The translations under genes were made by a program, and so were the position numbers. A stretch of DNA of 61,456 nt, filler included. It is 15 parts of 15 records of this genome, joined end to end, with 100 filler letters (N's around TTAATTAATTAA, not from the genome) between each part and the next. Parts side by side here need not be neighbours in the genome. Positions count along the whole stretch, not along the records: positions 21,959 to 24,982 come from SRR7504441_34545; positions 25,083 to 30,684 come from SRR7504441_34861; positions 30,785 to 34,604 come from SRR7504441_35712; 12 more parts are not named here. The stretch is one strand, 5' to 3'. Each line of letters begins with the position of its first letter. Position 1 is the first letter of the stretch. Under the pieces are notes generated by a model. That model did no database searches. It was not told where the DNA came from and was given only the letters and a program-made list of their open reading frames with translations. Shown here piece by piece: positions 24,188 through 34,704 of the stretch.

Positions 24188-24778
24188 ATGCGGAGGGGGC
24201 CCCCAGGCCGGCTGGCTAGCCTGCCCAGGCGGCCAGCCGGGCGGGTGGCGCTGCCGGCGCTGCTGGAACAGAGCTGGCTGCAGACCCAGCCGCTGCCGCA
24301 GCTGCCCGGCCCGGCCGCTCTGGGCACTGGCTCCCTGGTTCAAGTCCGGCTGCGCGAGGTGGCTGGTCCAGACGGCCGACTAATAACCGACAGCCAGGCT
24401 CCGTACTCTCGGGCCAAGCTCAGGTGGTACGACGCCGTGGTCCGGTGCTCGCAACGGCAGGCTGGGGCGGCACACAGTGGGCAGGTGGCAGGGGCGGCTG
24501 GAGCGGCGGGGCCCGACCATGTACGGCGTGGAGTGTATGATCCCGCCGCGCAACTGCGAGGGCACCGACGGGAGCTACGGCCCGCGGCTGGAGCCGGAGA
24601 AGAAAGTGCGCAAGTTCCACTGCGACGACGGTGGCCTTGCTGGTCCGTTGGCTGCTATCCGGGCGGTGCAGGGGCTGGTTTCTTTGTGCCGCTGGGGCGG
24701 GTGAAGGCGCATCCGCAGTTTGAGCACGCGGGCGGTTGGATGGATAGGGTCTCCTGCCGCCGGTGGGTGTCCACCTGA
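24188..24778 (+). CDS. CAP-Gly domain protein
   Basis: With two short introns removed: AVVRWQG...MYGVEC...GTDGSY...KFHCDDGAGFFVP, matching the CAP-Gly GVE...DGS...F.C...G.FV pattern. Confidence 0.65.
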   Translation: MRRGPPGRLASLPRRPAGRVALPALLEQSWLQTQPLPQLPGPAALGTGSLVQVRLREVAGPDGRLITDSQAPYSRAKLRWYDAVVRCSQRQAGAAHSGQVAGAAGAAGPDHVRRGVYDPAAQLRGHRRELRPAAGAGEESAQVPLRRRWPCWSVGCYPGGAGAGFFVPLGRVKAHPQFEHAGGWMDRVSCRRWVST

Positions 24779-25234
24779 CGATGGCTTGTATACTATGACA
24801 CGTGGCTTCCACACGTGCGGCTTTTGATACGACCATGTTTACGACAGGTAATATAGATACTCGTACATTTTAAATATTCGTGAAGCCGAGCCTAGGCCAC
24901 ATAACCGGAAGTAAACGTAACTAAGGGAAAAAACAACGGAAATGTCGACCGAGCAGCCAGCCCACGCGGCGGCGCCCGGCGANNNNNNNNNNNNNNNNNN
25001 NNNNNNNNNNNNNNNNNNNNNNNNNNTTAATTAATTAANNNNNNNNNNNNNNNNNNNNNNNNNNNNNNNNNNNNNNNNNNNNATACTGGTGTGTGGCATG
25101 CAACCGGCTATCGACACGGATGATGATATTAAGTGATAACTAGTAGTGCAATCACGTTTAGTTCGACCCATTATTAAATTCTAAAACCCGGCAATGGAGC
25201 ATCGTTCATATCAATTATATGCATACCCTGGGTT

Positions 25235-26080
25235 TCAAGCCCTCCTCACTTGCGCTCGCGAGGCCACCACACTCGGTCCATCAGAGCCCGGTATCAGCCC
25301 GGCCAACCAATCCACAAACTCGCTCTCCGACACGATCCCGTCCCCGTCCTCGTCCAGCACCGCCATCGCTTGCGCCAGGTGCATTCCCCGTAGCTCCACT
25401 CCCAGCCGCCTGCTCAGTGCCCCGAGCTCCGCCAGGTCCACCCCGCCATCCCCTCCCGACATCTGGCGGAACAGCTCCCTGAGCTCGCCCTCAGTGAGCG
25501 GTCCCATCGCTGCCGCCAGATACTGCTTGCCCAGCACCCTCTTGAGCCCGCGCTGCTGGCACCAGAGCGTCAGTCCTTGGACTATCAGCACTAGCCCGAC
25601 AAGTCCCAAGTACCCGCCCGCCGCGTGAGAGTACCAAGGCTCCAGTAGCGCCTGCAACGAGCCCACCGCCGCGTAGAGCAGCCCCCGACCGGACTGCCAC
25701 CCGAGCCCACGACAGTGTGCGGCGACCGTCCGTCGGCAGCACCTGCCCTCGAGCAGCAGCACGATCAGCCCGTGCGCCGCCAGGTAGCCGCAGAGCGCCT
25801 GGATCGGCCAGTTGCCCGTATACCGCCCCTCCACCAGCACCCCCACCGCCGCGGCCAGCGACCCGACCCCGGCCAGTGCGCCCAGCAGGGAGGCGGCCAG
25901 CGAGTTGGCCGCCAGCTGGGCCGAGGGAGCTGCCGGAGGGAGCAGACCGCCTGGCGGGTGCGGCGAGCAGGCTGGAGGGCCAGTGTTGCCCGGCATGGTC
26001 CGGAAGGCCCCAGAGTCCGCTGGCGGGCCGCACTCGCCCGGGGCAACCAGCGGGTCCGCTGCTGCCTCTTCCCTCTCCAT
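25235..26080 (-). CDS. Membrane protein (COPI-associated/Tvp15-like) with EF-hands
   Basis: Four hydrophobic segments including GRGLLYAAVGSL, then MSGGDGGVDLAEL and LDEDGDGIVSESEFVDW. Confidence 0.7.
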   Translation of the reverse strand: MEREEAAADPLVAPGECGPPADSGAFRTMPGNTGPPACSPHPPGGLLPPAAPSAQLAANSLAASLLGALAGVGSLAAAVGVLVEGRYTGNWPIQALCGYLAAHGLIVLLLEGRCCRRTVAAHCRGLGWQSGRGLLYAAVGSLQALLEPWYSHAAGGYLGLVGLVLIVQGLTLWCQQRGLKRVLGKQYLAAAMGPLTEGELRELFRQMSGGDGGVDLAELGALSRRLGVELRGMHLAQAMAVLDEDGDGIVSESEFVDWLAGLIPGSDGPSVVASRAQVRRA

Positions 26081-26097
26081 CAAAGTCCGTTATTTCA

Positions 26098-27624
26098 ATG
26101 CGGCGGGTGGCCGGGATCCTGCGGCAGCTCGACGCGAGGAGCGCGCTTGAGGCCTCCCGGGACCAGGTGCTCAACACAGACCGAGCCACCGCGGACCCGA
26201 GGCTTTACGACCCGTCTCTGGCCGAGCTGCGGCGGCAGCTGGCGGCGGCCTACCGAGTGCTGTTCGAGCGGCGGATCAACACATTTCCATACAACCACCT
26301 GACGGTCGACTGCGGGGGCGGCCGGTTTCTTGTAAACCGGTACGGGTTATCCTGGTCCGAGGTGACCGCCGAGAACCTGCTGCTAGTCACTGGGGAGGGG
26401 GAGCTGCTCGAGGGGGAGCCGCCAGTGATGCGGGCGGCCTTCGTGATCCACCAGGCGATCCACGCCGCCAAAGGCCAGAGCGGCAGGGTGGTCTTCCATA
26501 CCCACCAGACCGCCGCCACGGCCCTGTGCTGCACTGGTGGGAATCCGATGCTGCCGCCAATCACGCCTGCCATTGCGCGGTTTAGGGAGCAGTACGCCGT
26601 GGTGGATGACCGAGTATACTGCGGGATTGCCAACGATGCCAAGGAGGGCCAGCGGATTGTGAAAGCACTGGGCGACGCGGATGTACTGTTCATGGGGAAC
26701 CACGGCATTACGCTCTGTGCGCCCACGGTGGCGGAGGCAGTGCTGGGCGTGCTATGGCTGGAGGAACTGAGCTGCCAAGCCATTGCAGTGATGTCCGGGG
26801 GCGGCAGCGACAGCAACACGGTTGTATGGTCACGAGATCAGGCCGAGGATTTCTTTGTAGAGCAGCAGCGCGCAGCCCCTCCTGCAGTTGGCTCCGGCAG
26901 CCGCCAGAACTACTGGTCAGGCCGAGGGCCGTTTTTGCCAATCGATGCTGATCCCAGGATTGACGTCGCGGTAGCCGCGAGGGCGCTGTCGCGTCTTGGG
27001 TTCGTGCAAGCTAGAGGATCCGCTGTGCTCTCGGTCGCAACACACGCTGGCGCCCTCCGGGTGCAGGGTGATTTCAGCAAGGCATGTGTGGCTGCTGTGC
27101 AGGCCGCTGGGGCCAACAGCGAGCAGTCTGCGCTCGCAGGGCGGCTGCACGCAGCTCTTGGGGCCGCAGCAAAGGTCGTGCTGGTGGCCCCTCTTGCTGG
27201 CCCACTTTCGAAACTGCAACGGCGAGCTGGCAAAGCTCTGCTGCCGATTTCGCAAGATGCGATGCTTATGGCCAATCACGTAGTTTTTGTGGCCCCTGGA
27301 GAGCGGCAGGGTGCGCTTGAGGCAGCCGCGCTGGACACACAGACGCGGGTGGCGTTGGACGGGGAACAGGTTGTGGTGCGAGGGAATTCAGCGGGGCACG
27401 TGCTAGGATTGTATGAGAGATTGCAGAAGGCGGCCGAGATACAGCTTTTGGCGATGGACTGTGGCCAGCAATTGAGGTCGGTGCTGCCTGAGGTCATTGC
27501 GCAGCCGCGGAATGCCTTTTTGTGCCAAACTGAGGACGAGTATCCGCACACGCTACAGCTACAGCTGGAGTGGTACAAGCGCATGCTTGTGGCTTGCGAT
27601 CCACAATTGTTAGAAGATGTTTAA
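26098..27624 (+). CDS. Class II aldolase/adducin-family protein with a second degenerate domain
   Basis: YNHLT, FLVNRYGLSWSEVTAENLL, AFVIHQAIH, FHTH, FMGNHG. Second half repeats the fold without the His ligands. N-terminus MRRVAGILRQL looks like a transit peptide. Confidence 0.88.
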   Translation: MRRVAGILRQLDARSALEASRDQVLNTDRATADPRLYDPSLAELRRQLAAAYRVLFERRINTFPYNHLTVDCGGGRFLVNRYGLSWSEVTAENLLLVTGEGELLEGEPPVMRAAFVIHQAIHAAKGQSGRVVFHTHQTAATALCCTGGNPMLPPITPAIARFREQYAVVDDRVYCGIANDAKEGQRIVKALGDADVLFMGNHGITLCAPTVAEAVLGVLWLEELSCQAIAVMSGGGSDSNTVVWSRDQAEDFFVEQQRAAPPAVGSGSRQNYWSGRGPFLPIDADPRIDVAVAARALSRLGFVQARGSAVLSVATHAGALRVQGDFSKACVAAVQAAGANSEQSALAGRLHAALGAAAKVVLVAPLAGPLSKLQRRAGKALLPISQDAMLMANHVVFVAPGERQGALEAAALDTQTRVALDGEQVVVRGNSAGHVLGLYERLQKAAEIQLLAMDCGQQLRSVLPEVIAQPRNAFLCQTEDEYPHTLQLQLEWYKRMLVACDPQLLEDV

Positions 27625-27786
27625 CATATGTTTTAATTAATTTAGCTGCTTCTTTATTTTTGTTTTACGTACATGTACATGTTCTACTCATTTGATTGTA
27701 GAGCCGGTAGATACTAGTAGATACCGGTATCTAATTGTTTTACACTGCAAGGAGCCTAAAGGAGCCCTTGCCGTCCATGCGCCTAT

Positions 27787-30363
27787 CTATGCAAGGACAC
27801 CGCGGCACTGCCAATGCGCCATTTCACCGTAATGCGTGTATGTGGCATTCGTGACCTTGACAGAGCGCAGGTTGGTCTCAAACGAGAGAAAGTGCGGCGC
27901 CTGCAGCCCGTCGCCCTGATCTCCAAACACGCATGGATACAGCCGCAGGTAGCCTTTCTCATCGAATCGGTCCTCAGTGTGAGATGGCCGCATGGTGCGC
28001 CCTGCGCGGCCTTGCTGGCGGCAGATCAGCTCGCCGGTATCGTCATTGTACAAGTCGAACGTAATGCAGGCAGCGGCGTGGCAGTGCCCGTTGACATGCA
28101 TGAGCTTGATGCCGGTTTGGTTGGCTGTGGGCTGCGGGGTGGCCCACACATCAGTCCTGGTGTCGCCCGGATGCAGCATGTCCTTCACTTTGAATTTGAA
28201 CTCATTCACCTGGATATTACTCGAGTTCACGTCTATTCGGCTGTGTGACGGTGTCTGCTTGACCACGTCGTACTCTCCAGCAAGCGAGTGGTACATCCGA
28301 GTCAGCAGCTGGTGGCTGGCTGCACTGGTCGCGGTGGCCGGAATATACTCTTGGTACCATATCCTGATTTTCATCCTGAACTGGAGCCGATCTTTCGAAA
28401 TCCGACCGCTTTGCTCCCGGTCAGTGAGCAGCCACTTGTGGTGGCAGCAGCCTGTGCCGCCTATGTAGGTGGTGATGTCGCAGCGAGGGTTCCGAGTCGG
28501 GAGCAGATCCGTTGGAGTACTGTCGTGGCAACTCCCTCCGTTGTGCTGAAGCCTCTCGGTGCTGTTGTCGTCGTGAGTATACACAACTGCGCCTTGAGTT
28601 TGGCCAAACGCAATCTGCTCTCCTAGGATGCAGTTGGGCACACCGAGCTTTGCCAGGACAATGCTGGAGGAGCTCATTGTCTTGTGGAACCCATAGCTAG
28701 CCGATGACCTGCCACCACCAGTAGTCAGACCGAGCCTGGCTATAGAGCGCTCACCCGATCGCACTCATGAACTGGATCACGGAGCCGTCCCCGGTAGCGT
28801 TGAAGCTGTACTGAGCAGACACAGCCCCAGCGAACCCACGGCTGAGCACCACCGTCCTCACTCCATCAGCCACACTCATCGAGACTAGCTGCACTTGGGT
28901 GGGCAGCCTGGTGCCTCCCGTATGAAGCCCGAGCTTGTACTCGGCCACCTTCCCAGTGCCATCTATGATCATCGCTCCGGGCTGCTGCGACATCTCGGTG
29001 GCACCAAAGGCCACTCCAAACCAACGGTCACTCGGGCCACTGACTGTGATCGTGGCATTGCCGCCTTGCACCGCTGAATTCATCTCAATCCGCAGACCCA
29101 CCAGAGACTCGGCCGACCCAATCAGCCGAGCGGGAGCAAGCGTGCCGTTGGGTCCGCCGCAGGGCACCGGGCCCGACTCCAGCCGATTGAAATAAACCTG
29201 CTGCTCGAGTGTTGTAGGGTCCACACTCACTGAGCAGCCCGTAGGCAGGCTGGGCTCAGATCCTTCCGCCTTCCGCACCGTCGCGTTGGGCAGACCCAGC
29301 TTGGCCGCGGCTGCAAAGCACTCGGGAGAGGTGGCGATGGGCCGCAGCCCTGAGCGGGGCTTGCTGTCAGCTTGTAACGTGTACTGTCCGTCAATTTCCT
29401 TGGAAATACGGTCCGTGCACGGGCACTCGAGCAGCCCGGCTGCCAGCCCCAGGGTGAGTCAATCAGCCAAGCACAGACAGCTCACAGTAAACCGCGTCTG
29501 GGCCAGTCAGCGGCGCTGCATATGCTTTGGGCACCAGTTTTGGGTCAGGGACAAACCCGTCAGCCGCTGTTTGCATAGAGCCGTCACGGTTCCTGGTATC
29601 TATCTGCATTGGCTCGATCCGGAACCCCACAGGGCTCTCGACCAGCTGCGCGTATCCGTGAGGGTAGCCTGCGCCCAGGTCAGTCTGGCCATCTGGTACA
29701 GCACGCGCCATGGAAGCTCTTCCTCCACTCGCCGCCATTCGCCTCATCAAAGTCTACTATCACTGGAATACTCGAATTAGGCGTCGGGTCCTCCGGCGCC
29801 CGCGCCATCCACATGGATGCCGGCTGGCCTTGGTACGCGCCCGAGAGATGCCCGGCCCCTCGGGCCAGCGGGTCCCGGGCACCGCTCACTGGCACTCTGT
29901 ACATTTCGGCGAGCTTCCCGACGACCCGGGCACTGTAGTGGTGATTGTAGCTCCACGTCACCGGCACCGGCCTGCCGCGCGTCAGCCCGGCGACCCCCGG
30001 GCGCGCTCACGTCTCGGTGCCGTCTGGGTCCGTCATGACCTGATCGAACTCATACCCGACGATCGCCATGGTCTTGTCGTCATACGCTCGAATGAACGTC
30101 TCCGGAAACCTGAACAATGGGCCCATGGTCCACCACACTTGCGAGTACACGGTGGAGATCTCCTCCGAGTAGGCCTCCACATATTGGACCGGGTTATCGG
30201 CCCGCCCCCGGCTCGGGTAGCTGGCGAAGCTCGTGTTGAACGGGACGACAGGGGCCAGGCCGCTGGCGGTCGAGTTGCCGTTCTGGATGTAGTACTGGCC
30301 GTTCATGTTGCTCAGCTCCGCCTGCGCCAGGGCCAGGACGACCACTGCGATGAGCAACTTCAT
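27787..30363 (-). CDS. Secreted copper type II monooxygenase-like (PHM/SURNod19-like) protein with internal DOMON-like domain
   Basis: Signal peptide MKLLIAVVVLALAQA; YNHHY; ATITVSGPSDRWFGVAFGA...VADGVRTVVLSR; GHCH...LYNDDTGELIC...HYGEM. Split over several ORFs by short introns. Confidence 0.62.
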
Positions 30364-30784
30364 GGACTCTTACAGTAGATCTAACGGATGTTCAGACAGT
30401 CCACATGTCAGGCAGTCAGCCAAACTTCAGAGGGTTCTTGAACGGCGATTAACAGCAGAACAATTGATCTCGACCTAGGCACGCTACGAATCTCCTGCTG
30501 CCGTACATCAAGCTTGACATCATTATTAGATATCTACAACATCATAACGCACACAACATTGTGACACGTCATCGCGTCATCATCTACTGTGGAGCCTGTG
30601 TGGAGCGCGTCAATCATATCGACGCCGGCCTCATTTGAACACCATGCCGAACAGCCGCCGCTCCTGCGTGGTCAGCCCGATCTGNNNNNNNNNNNNNNNN
30701 NNNNNNNNNNNNNNNNNNNNNNNNNNNNTTAATTAATTAANNNNNNNNNNNNNNNNNNNNNNNNNNNNNNNNNNNNNNNNNNNN

Positions 30785-31392
30785 GTGCATCCTCCGCCGT
30801 TCTGCTCGGACCCGTGAGGAGCATCACTCTCCGAGTCAGCTCCTCGCCCTCCTCCTCTACCGCCTCCACCGACCTGAGCGCCTCCACCCAGCGTGCCACC
30901 CGGACTGTAAGGCCCTCTCTCCTCCTCCCAGCTGGCCCCTTCTCCACCTGCTTTACTATTGACTTGCAGCCCAGCACGTCCTTGAAGGCCTGCCACACGG
31001 CGAGGACCCCGTGCTCCCCTCGGAGCACCGCCTTAGCCATTGCTGCCTGCCAGCTCATCTGCATCCACCGCGTGTAGCCGCTCAGTTCGCCCCGTACCAC
31101 CGCCCTGCGGACTTTTGCGCCCTCAATGCCCTCTGCGTATAGAGCGTGAGTCTTGGATCTGCTCATCACACACTGCATCTCGCATATGCCGAGCAGATGC
31201 GGCGAAGGCAACTGCCTTGTGGGTACACATCTCGCCTTCTGCGGGTTGCGGTGCAGCTTTGAGCTGGCTGCAGACCTGCTTGTGCAGCTGCCAATCCTGC
31301 GCCTGATGCTCACGGCTGCAATAGAACGCTCGCTTGCATTTTGAGCACCGGTTAGATGCTTCGGCGCCGCACACTAGGCATGTCTTCGCCAT
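30785..31392 (-). CDS. zf-MYND domain protein (3' partial)
   Basis: CLVCGAEASNRCSKCKRAFYCSREHQAQDWQLHKQVC. Confidence 0.85.
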
Positions 31393-31539
31393 GCCCTTTC
31401 TCCCTTGGCCACGACCGCTCGCGAGCCGGGCGCTAACGGACGCCAGATCTACAACCGCATGTACCGGTACTGTAGTCAATCGAGTCAAGCTCTCGGGGCT
31501 GACGGCTCGGGGCGGCAGGGGGTTCGCGTAGCCAGAACA

Positions 31540-32148
31540 ATGTCGCTGCCCGACCCGCGCCTGGCGGCCTACGAGGCGGACTACCCGTAAGCGCCGTAGC
31601 GCCGCCCAGGCCGTGCTGAGCCCCGGGGCAGTTGGGTGGAGCCTCCCACCGACTCAGCAGGCTGGAGCCCGGCCCAGCTCGTCGAATACTTTGAGTCCGA
31701 CGGCCAGACCCGCCCGGGGCAGTTCTATGAGATCACCGAGACGCTGGTGGACGGCTCACCCTTCCCGTTCAGCCAGCTGGCCGGGAAGGCAGTCTACGCG
31801 GTCAACGTGGCCAGTCGGTGAGGCGCGACCCGCCGGGAGTACAAACTGTTGCACTCGCTTGCCGACCGGTTTGGAGACGCGCTCATCCTGCTGGCATTCC
31901 CGACCCGCGAGTTTGGCGGCCAAGAACTGCCGTCTGACAGCGAGGTGCAGGCGTTTGCAAAGGAGCACGGCCCTCACGGGCTGGTGGTTCTGGCCACGCG
32001 AGAGTTGGGTGAGCGGCCGGGCTGGTTCCAGAAGTCCAAGCCCAACTGGAACTTCAGGGGCAAGTGGCTGGTGGGCAAGGACGGCCAACAGCAGATTGCA
32101 GAGTCTGACCCGGAGGCAATGATGGCTCAGATCGCTGAGTTGGTCTAG
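31540..32148 (+). CDS. Selenocysteine-containing glutathione peroxidase-like protein
   Basis: One early GT-AG intron. In-frame TGA 31819-31821 lies in VNVASR-U-G, and the same frame continues LAFPTREFGGQE...PNWNF. SECIS-like element downstream. Confidence 0.9.
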
Positions 32149-32169
32149 TTCTTGAAGGCGTCTAGGCAG

Positions 32170-32252
32170 CCGCGGCGACACATCTAGATGACAGCAACCA
32201 TGCAAAGCTCGCACGAGTGCATGTTTCTCGAGTGGCTGATGTCGCTACGCGG
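32170..32252 (+). promoter_or_regulatory. Eukaryotic SECIS element (type II-like)
   Basis: ATGA 32188-32191, AAA 32204-32206, GA 32230-32231. CATGC/GCATG upper helix, CTCG/CGAG apical mini-helix, GCGACA/TGTCGC lower helix. Confidence 0.75.
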
Positions 32253-32378
32253 CGGCGTATTTTTACATTACATGTATTGGGCAAGGACAGACTTCGACGG
32301 TCTCCATGCCGATAGAAAAATTAAATACATGTAGCATAGCTTCTATTGTATTGATAAGTACATACGCACGTGCTAGAT

Positions 32379-34604
32379 CTATTGTGGTGGACCAAACGTC
32401 ATCATCGTGATTTGTGGTTTTGCTTTTGCCTCCGGAGTGGGGGCCGCGGCTTGAGGCACCTGCGGTGCCGCCGGGTTGCCACCGTAAGTGTTCACATAGC
32501 GTAAACTTGCCAATCTACTTTTGCGATCACGAGGTGCTGTTGGTGCAGTTGGTGCTCCTGGGCCCGCCATTGCACCCATGCTATTCGAGCCCTGACTTGC
32601 ATCATTACCGCCGGATGCTTTTGGAGGTGGGGCCGCCGCCTCCGGAGCCGATTCATTTTCCTTCCCTCGTTCGACCCATCGCCCGAGCTCTTCGTTGAAG
32701 TAGAAGTCGGTATCGTCATCCAGCTGACCGCCCCCTCCAACTGTGCTGCTCCCTTCAGGAGGTTTTGAGGCAGATCCTGACCCTGAAATCGACTCAACAA
32801 TGCTACTGAAGAAGCCGCCCTTGGTGGGCGTCGCATTCTGTGGTGGAGGATTCTGCGCACCCTGGCTCGACGCATCGGTTGAAAGGCGCCGCCTGCACAC
32901 ACAATAGTTAGTCATACGTCAAGAGAGGAGTAGGGTTACTGAGGTTTAACGTCCATAGCAGGCGGTGTGTCTTTCGACCCTCCAAAGATGGATGAGCTAA
33001 TCCGTGAGAGGAAACCACCGCCTTCATTGGCGCTCGAGGGCCCCAGGCGCTTTGCCAAGCTGTCCAATTCAGCAAGATATCTCGGATGGTACTGCCAGCC
33101 AGCACTCCGACATTTGCTTGTAAGGCCTTGAATCGTTTTGACATAGTCATTTGCACGCTTGGTAAAGCCGTACTCTGCCAGCATCTGGGCGTAAACAAGC
33201 TTGTAGGGTTGCAATGCTGGCATTTTGAACTGGCTGTTGGCATGAGTCAGCGCTGCCTCCAGCATTTCGGTGCATTGAATTGTGTGCGGTGTGCAGAAGC
33301 CAGTAGGTTGGCACTGGTGATCTCCGCCGAGCAAAACAACTGCGGCACCACCCTTGTAGTCATGTGGCTGAGGCGCCATCTCAGCCATTAGATAGCAAGT
33401 GTGCGCAGCTGCAGTCCATGATGCAGTACTTTGCAGACTTCTTCCCATGGCTGCAATTCGCTGCTGATGCCCCCCTCGGCTCGGATTCGCCAGTAGCATT
33501 GCCAAAGTCTCTGGCCAGCGCTTCTGGGCACCACATCTGTCAAGACTTGACTGCCCTGAACAGACTTGGATGAAGTTGCCAAGCGGAGAGTCCTGATCAA
33601 ACTGAGCAGCGAGACGAGCAACAGCCTCACCCCACACCTGCTCACCCATTGATCGCGCAATGATTAGAGCTACACCCCAATGACCAGAGGCTTCCGCCTG
33701 GGACAGAGCATCCTGGCGTTTTCCATCGATCAAAAGATTTTCTACACTTGAAGTATCGAGGTCTCTAGCATTGTGATGTGCAAGCATTCCCGAGTATTGC
33801 TGTTGCTGCATGCCTTCGTCACGCAGCACAGAAATCGCTTGCTTCAACGAATCAGGCAAGGTGCCGTCCTGATTGACCTGCATGATGCGGCTAGTTTCAG
33901 TGCACATCAAGTGCAACATCTTCCACAGAATTGTTTGATCCCTCGCAGTCTCGCTTTGTAGCTGCTGAATTGTTGAGGTGGTCGAGCTGACGTACTCTGA
34001 TAGCAACTTTGTATCCATGCTGGGAACCAATGGACCTGGGAACTTTTCTAGGCTTGAATATGAAGCCGTTTCTGAGAGCAACTGACCCACCTGCTTGAAT
34101 TTGACAGGTGGCACCACACCGCCAGTCACAGAGCACTCAGTAGCGCTGAACGCCATGATAAGCTTGCCACCAAAGCCAAACGACACAGCAGGATGGGGTG
34201 GCCTTTCGCTAGGATTTGCATTTTGCTGTGACTGGTACGGGTCAAAGGCCTGAACAGTAGAAGGGCTCTGATGTGTGCTCCAGCTGGCCGGTTGAGGGCT
34301 CCCAAATCCATTTGATGAATTCTGGCCTTGGTACGGATCAAACTGCTGGACAGGGGCAGCCTGGCCCCAACTTTGGTTGGGATCAGGCTGCACCATGTTT
34401 GGCACTTGATCGGTACCATTCATTGTGCCTAGCCCAAAGCCGCCGCTCGACTGAGCATTGGATGCGTAGTCATGATACTGTTGCTGAGACTGCTGAACCG
34501 AGCCATTGTGCTGCTGACTCCAGTCAGCTGGCTGCTGCTGAGGATATGATGTTTGAAAACCGACCACAGACTGTTGTGGCTGCAGGGCTGCAAGCAAATC
34601 AGGT
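32379..34604 (-). CDS. SEC16: COPII scaffold Sec16 (5' partial)
   Basis: HPAVSFGFGGKL, FPGPL, WPETLAMLLAN, AAAHTCYL, QCTEMLE, LQPYKLVYAQMLAEYG, FYFNEELGRWV. One intron near 32897-32936. Confidence 0.88.
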
Positions 34605-34704
34605 NNNNNNNNNNNNNNNNNNNNNNNNNNNNNNNNNNNNNNNNNNNNTTAATTAATTAANNNNNNNNNNNNNNNNNNNNNNNNNNNNNNNNNNNNNNNN
34701 NNNN

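Noticed and set aside
31819-31821. Genome-wide stop-codon reassignment
   Set aside because: TAA, TAG and TGA all terminate recognisable proteins. Other interruptions are explained by introns, and this TGA by selenocysteine.
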